DNA of 64,000 nt from Rebecca billardiae RCC1528. Taxonomy: Eukaryota; Protista; Haptophyta. The translations under genes and the position numbers were made by a program. Shown here one piece after another: positions 58,814 through 64,000 of the stretch (its first letter is position 1; each line of letters starts with the position of its first letter). The notes under the pieces are model-generated. The model was not told the DNA's origin, did not search any database, and saw nothing but the letters and a program-made list of their open reading frames with translations. The DNA lies in contig OZ251227.1 of assembly GCA_965240325.2 (NCBI GenBank), positions 558,001 to 622,000 of the forward strand, given 5' to 3'.

Positions 58814-60067
58814 TCAACGCGCCGGGCCCATCGCGGCACGGCCGCTGGCGAACGCGGCGTGGAAGCGCGAGGCAAACTCGGCGCTGCGTGGCGGCGCGCC
58901 CGCGCGGCCGCCGCCCGCGCAGAAGAGCATGCTGCGCAGGCAGACGGCGCGCGCGCGCCCGGCGCCGCGCGCTGCCACGCACGCCTCGTCGGCGCAGCAC
59001 AGGTCGAGGCCGTCGGACTTGGCGAAGTAGAAGACGGTGCGTCGCGCGTGCTCGGCGCCCTTGCACTCGCACCACCTGCTGGCGGTCGAGCACGTCGCGA
59101 CCGGGCCGTGCGCCGTGCTCCCAGCAAACACCTGCACGATGCGCGGCCAGCGCTCGGCCGAGCCAGAGACTCGTGCGTGCGCGTGCAGCTGCTCGTTGAG
59201 CCAGCCGACCAGCGCCGCGCGCCGCGCGCCGGCCGCCGCATCGCGACCGGCGGCGCTCGTCGCCGGCACAGCCGGTCGGCCGGGCGCGGGCGGCGGCGCG
59301 CTCCACTCGACCAGCTCGGTGCGCAGCCGCGCGCGAGAGAGCCAGCGCGCGCCATCCGCCGCGAGCCGCCGCAGCGCGTGCTGCGCAGGCAGCGCGTCGA
59401 GCCACGCGCAGCGCACGGCGCCGTGCTCGTCGGCGGCGACGACGGCTGCCGGCAGGTAGGGCGGGCCGCCGTCCGACTTGGCCGTGAACGGCAGGCGCAG
59501 GCCCGCCCCGTAGATGCTGCAGTCGATCTCGAGCTTGTGCCAGCACGGCGGCCGCGGCTGCGAGCGCGCCCAGTCGTGCAGGACGCGCGCGATGCGCGCC
59601 GCCTCAGCGGCCGAGATGATGGCCGAGTCGTTCCATGTCGCGTGAATCCCGGCTCGGCGCACGCCCGGCGCCGAGCCGGCGGCGGTCGCGGGGCTGGGCG
59701 CGCGCGCCGAGACGTACACGACGCGCCCAGCCACGGGAACGGGCACGGGCAGATGCTCCTCCGCGACGCGGTAGAGGCCGACGAGCAGTGCGGCCACGTC
59801 CGAGGGGGAGGGCGCGGTGCTGAAGGCGCAGTCCACATCGACGACGAAGCGCGCGCGCGCGCCGAGCGCCTCGACCACCATGGGCGCGCGCGCGCCGTGC
59901 ACCAAGTGCTGCGCGGCCACGAGTGCATCGAGCTCGCGCAGGCGGCTGCTCGGCACGTGCAGCCGGCCGCCGAACGTACGCTGCGAGCCACTTGCCAGGA
60001 ACACAACCTCGTGCGTGCACGCCTCGCCTGGGCGCGCGACGCTGCGCGCCGCGCGCCCCGCCGCCAT
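58814..60067 (-). CDS. Archaeo-eukaryotic primase (PrimPol/NCLDV type) with UL52-like zinc finger, copy 2
   Basis: Same length and motifs as 44878-46131; 6 amino-acid differences, none in catalytic motifs. Confidence 0.85.
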   Translation of the reverse strand: MAAGRAARSVARPGEACTHEVVFLASGSQRTFGGRLHVPSSRLRELDALVAAQHLVHGARAPMVVEALGARARFVVDVDCAFSTAPSPSDVAALLVGLYRVAEEHLPVPVPVAGRVVYVSARAPSPATAAGSAPGVRRAGIHATWNDSAIISAAEAARIARVLHDWARSQPRPPCWHKLEIDCSIYGAGLRLPFTAKSDGGPPYLPAAVVAADEHGAVRCAWLDALPAQHALRRLAADGARWLSRARLRTELVEWSAPPPAPGRPAVPATSAAGRDAAAGARRAALVGWLNEQLHAHARVSGSAERWPRIVQVFAGSTAHGPVATCSTASRWCECKGAEHARRTVFYFAKSDGLDLCCADEACVAARGAGRARAVCLRSMLFCAGGGRAGAPPRSAEFASRFHAAFASGRAAMGPAR

Positions 60068-60297
60068 TTTTTCACGCGGCCACGGACGAGCGGCCACTGC
60101 GCCATCGTCGCGAGACGCGGCGGCAGGTCGCTCGGGGAGGGGCGCGGGCGACGCGACTCGTGCTCGCGCCCGTGCGCGCTCGCCCGTCCGCAGTCGTTCC
60201 TCGAGCCCCGCCGAGCGCACCGAGCGCGACGCTGCGCGCCGCGCGCCCCGCCGCCATTTTTTCACCGGGCCGACGGGCCGCGGCCGAGCGGCGCCAT

Positions 60298-60465
60298 TGT
60301 GTTACGTGTTACGGTGTTACAGCTGTTACAGGGGGCCTCCTCCCGACCGGGCCCGGCCCGGGCGGCCCGCCCGCCCCGGACCTGGACCGGTCGGCTCCCG
60401 GACTCGCCGCGCCGGACTTGTTACGTGTTACGGTGTTACAGCTGTTACAGGGGGCCTCCTCCCGG
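60298..60465 (+). repeat. Short GTTAC array of copy 2 (2 units)
   Basis: Direct reading. Confidence 0.9.
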
Positions 60466-61288
60466 GGCCCAGCGAAACCCGCCCGGCCCCGGCCCCGGAC
60501 CCGGACTGGCCGGCAACGGGCCGCGAGAATCCGAGACCGACGGTCTCAAGCCTTGAAAGTGATGGCTGACAGTGTGCTCAGCCAGGGTTTAGTCAGGCGG
60601 CGTGGCTCGGTCAGACACCCGCAGTCCGGGTGAGTCCGGCGTGAGAGTGTTACATGTTACTGCTACGCTCGGCCCGTAACACTTTTCACGGGCGCGACGG
60701 GGGTGAGTAATAGTTAGAGGAATTGTTACCCGGGAGAAACTGGGGTCCTTGGTCAACTCACCGCGCGACTGCTGTCGCTGATGAACAGAGGTACTGTAAG
60801 TAACAGCGGCACAGACAGAGTGAACAGACGGTCCCCGCACCCGGCCCCGGGGCCAGGCGACGCTGCAACCGCGGCAGGCGTGCGCCTGATGACAAACAAC
60901 GTGAAGCAGCAAATTCACGTCGCATGACCAACCGTCACCTCCACGCCCATGGCCGAGCACGATGGCCCACGATGCCAGGCGGGAGTAGTCAGTCAGCGAC
61001 GTCGCCCAGTGCAACGGCAGGCCGGGCGTGATGACGAGCGCGTTGGCAACCACTTGACCACGGCGTTGGCAGCTGGTGTGCTGCATGAGCGCGCCGGCGA
61101 CCCTCGAGTGCGCGCGAAGCCCGCACGGCATGTGCTCATCTGCGGCTCGCGTCTGTCGTCCACTTCCGCGGACACCCTTCTGTGACCACAGATGACATGA
61201 GCTCGCGACCTTGTTCCAACCCTATTTTGCTTTTGGGCACGACTTGAGTCCAGCAGCACGTCCGGGCTGTCTGTGCCACGCCGTTGCC

Positions 61289-61567
61289 CTAGAAGATCCC
61301 GGGAAAGTAACTGTTCCGCAAGCGCCTCGAAGTCGATACTGACATAACACCAGCGCCAGACAGGCGGAAGCCGCGATTCACGGTCTTCTTGACGTTCTTG
61401 TGGTGCTTGCCAGCCCTCCTGAACACGAGCAGCCCGCTGCCGTTGATCTTGAAGCGCTTCTTTGCCGCCGCCTTCGTACGATGTCCCAGCCCGCGCGCGA
61501 AGTTCATCAGCGCGGCAGAGTCCAGCACCCGCGGCCAACTGCGCAAGCTCGCGACAAGCGCCATCAT
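61289..61567 (-). CDS. rpl35: Organellar (probably mitochondrial) ribosomal protein bL35
   Basis: RTKAAAKKRFKINGSG....RRAGKHH...KK after a presequence-like N-terminus. Confidence 0.85.
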   Translation of the reverse strand: MMALVASLRSWPRVLDSAALMNFARGLGHRTKAAAKKRFKINGSGLLVFRRAGKHHKNVKKTVNRGFRLSGAGVMSVSTSRRLRNSYFPGIF

Positions 61568-61649
61568 CGTCGCACCACCGCCCCCGACCTCGTCCGAGAG
61601 ATCGCTGCGCACAGAGTCCGGGCGGAAAGGTCAAAGGACTCGCGTAGCC

Positions 61650-62152
61650 ATGGAGGACGCAGCGGAGCTGCGCTTCGGAGAGGGTGCGTTCGCGACGTCG
61701 CTTCGCGCTGCGCCCGCGGCTCGTGCGCCTGCCTGAGACATGCCTGCGCGCCGTCCTATCCACACTGCACGGCAGACTTTAACAATGCCCTCATTCTCTA
61801 CAACACGGAGGTGGCCATTGTCGCCAAGCAGATGATCGATCAGCGGAGAGAAAATGGCCAGCAGCCGGCTGAGCACCTGCGGATGATTCTTGACCACGTG
61901 ACCAGGTTTGACTACATGCGGGCGGATCAGGCCACGGTGCAGGACATGCGCTCTCACGACCTTGGCCTCCACCCGTTCGAGCTGGTGCAGATCAACAACC
62001 TGGGCTGCGAGGAGGTTGACGAGGCAAAGACGCTGATCCCGAGCCTGCGCCTTCGCATCGAACGCAGCGACGATGACTTCGACGACGACCAGCTCCAGGC
62101 CATTCTCGACAAGTGTGCGGCGGCGCGCTCGTTTGACGAGGGAGCTGGCTGA
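61650..62152 (+). CDS. RPB4: RNA polymerase II subunit RPB4 (intron 61684-61775)
   Basis: EDAAELRFGE/DF.NA..L...EV; LHPFELVQINNL..EEVDEAKTLIPSL; DDQLQAILD. Confidence 0.92.
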
Positions 62153-63240
62153 CAACCGCGACGGACTCGCGGGCAACTGCAGGGGTTCTCTCTGGCGCAG
62201 GGCCCTCACCAGCTGCCGCTCGGTGGCTGGCGACAGGCCGGCCTTGGCGAACACCTGCCGAACCTGGGAGAGCTCTCACGCGAAGCCAAGTTGGAGGCCA
62301 GGCAGTGGCCTACACTTCCGGGCTGGCCAAGCTCACCGAGCTTTGCTGGACGTGGCGACACGTCTGTCTAGTATAACGCTCGTCGGACTGTGACCGCGCT
62401 GCTACGGCCATTGAGTACAGCAGAGTACCGGCCACTGGCCACTGGGCCAGTAGGCAGTAGCCCAGTATCTTAGTTACCGCCGTCTACCGTCTCTATACTG
62501 AGTATACTCTCTAGAGGGCTGACTAGACTCTAACCGAAAGGCGAGTCCCGAACGGGCATCAACTCACAGAATGAGAAGTCCGACAGAGTACTCGCGGCTG
62601 GAACTGAGACGTGGCTCGCAGCTAAGAGTCCGAGTCGCCGACTCAATCAACACCCTGGCTCTGCTTACTCAGCTTAGTGATAGATAGTGAGTCTGACTGT
62701 CAGACTCTAATAATCGACTACTGATGACTGAATTGACTGAATCTGACAATACGATTACCTAGAGTGTAGCACCTAGTATTAACTAGCAGTAGTATCTCAT
62801 TAGTACGCTGGTCCGAACCTGGGCGAGTGGCGCGCTTAACTACTGTATATGACGACTACTGCTAGCTATAGATCCGCGCTAGCATTATCAGCGCTGACTG
62901 CTCTCATCGTAATAAATAATCGTTGCGCATGCCAGCACCGTCACAGCACTGTCAGCAGGCCGCCAGTCAGCCCAGACGGTCCAACTGTGAACGGTCACCG
63001 TCCAGTCACCAGTGAGTCAAGTGATTCCGGCTGTGCCCCCGACTGAGTCGACTGACTCCGGTGCCCGCTTTAATATTATTTATATATGATTATACACATA
63101 AATATTAAATGTTTTATTGAACAATGTATTATTTCAAATCAGCGACTCAGCCGACTGCGCCGCGGCGCCGCCGACTGCGCGCGATCTGACTATAGTGATT
63201 AATAATAAGTATTGGTTATACGCGACAGCACGATAGATCA

Positions 63241-64000
63241 TCAGCTCTTGAACAGACTGCGGCGCGCAGGCCCTGCTCGATGGTCGCCACCCCTCACGTG
63301 CGCATGGTCGATCACGCGCGAGAAGAAGGCGGCAAGTGCGGCACGAGGCAATGTCGGCGCTGTCATGCTGGCCTCAAGTCCGCCAGCTGGTCCCGTGCCG
63401 GAGCGCGAGGCGAGGTCAAGTTTGCTGCCGATCGTGACACATGGTACCAATCCCTGCGAGAGCACGCACGGGGGAGAGCACACGCGTGAAGACAAACCGT
63501 GCGCCATGGCGGCATGCAGCGGGTGGAAGGGCGGCCCAGAGCTGGGCTGTGCCACCGCTGAGCGCAGCAGGCGGCACGGCAGACGTACCATTTCGCCGGC
63601 GTCGAGCCACTCCTCCTCGGCTGGCGGCACGCCAGTGGAGAGCTGCCGACGGCTTAACGACGGGCCCGGGCTGCCATCGAGCGCGGGGTGCGTCCTCCGC
63701 GCCCCACTGCTCGCCCCGCTGCTGCTCGCGCTGCCTGCGGGCACGCTGCTGTCAGCCACAGCGACCTCCGCCGCGGGGCGCGCGTCTGCAATCTCGCGCC
63801 GCCAGCGCTCGAGGTTGTGCAGCGAGTTGCGGTTGGTCAAGTCGTGCACGAGCATCACCCCGTCGAAGGGCTGCGTGAAGAACACGCCGCGCGCCAGCCT
63901 GAACTTGTCCGCGCCGCCCACCTCGAGCAGCTCGACAAAGAACGGCGTGCCGGAGTGCGCGTGCAGGGCGACGTCGATCTCGCAGCCGACCGTGCCTCCC
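63241..64000 (-). CDS. RABL3: Rab-like protein 3 small GTPase (5' end outside the window; intron near 63455-63587)
   Basis: TVGCEIDV..FFVEL.EVGG; RGVFF...DGVMLVHDLTNRNSLHNLERW; IGSKLD. Confidence 0.8.
   Translation of the reverse strand, partial: GGTVGCEIDVALHAHSGTPFFVELLEVGGADKFRLARGVFFTQPFDGVMLVHDLTNRNSLHNLERWRREIADARPAAEVAVADSSVPAGSASSSGASSGARRTHPALDGSPGPSLSRRQLSTGVPPAEEEWLDAGEMVRLPCRLLRSAVAQPSSGPPFHPLHAAMAHGLSSRVCSPPCVLSQGLVPCVTIGSKLDLASRSGTGPAGGLEASMTAPTLPRAALAAFFSRVIDHAHVRGGDHRAGPARRSLFKS

Larger units (their letters stand above)
56624..60754 (-). mobile_element. 4131-bp TIR element carrying a PrimPol-like primase, copy 2 (inverted)
   Basis: 8-bp TSD AACTCACC (56616-23 and 60755-62); termini identical to copy 1. 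Confidence 0.93.

Noticed and set aside
56726-60633. Long Arg/Ala/Pro-rich ORFs over the arrays and antisense to genes (also 44374-48049 and elsewhere)
   Set aside because: Shadow ORFs caused by high GC and repeats; no motifs

Overview
Very GC-rich eukaryotic genomic DNA with short GT(GCG)..GCAG introns and compact head-to-head gene pairs. It is probably an alga or protist, possibly a haptophyte (inference only). Recognisable host genes are MAF1, an SRCR-domain membrane protein, GT2-, GT8- and GT47-like glycosyltransferases, a mitochondrial phosphate carrier, a DRAM/Sfk1-like protein, a DEAD-box helicase, a SAM methyltransferase, a PTGES2-like GST, CCZ1, bL35, RPB4 and RABL3 (partial), plus an RCC1-repeat pseudogene. 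Mobile DNA: (i) three TA-flanked Tc1/mariner-type MITEs; (ii) a giant single-ORF LINE (hydrophobic leader, 2A-like motif, APE, RT, RNase H, CCHC, OTU-like protease). (iii) The main finding is two independent insertions (44179-48153 and 56624-60754) of a ~4-kb element with 8-bp TSDs and short imperfect TIRs. It has no recognisable transposase but carries an intact PrimPol/NCLDV-type archaeo-eukaryotic primase with a UL52-like zinc finger, set between long inverted arms and iteron-like (T)GTTAC tandem arrays. Copy 1 interrupts the LINE ORF, and removing it restores the reading frame exactly. All identifications are from motifs read by eye; no searches were run.
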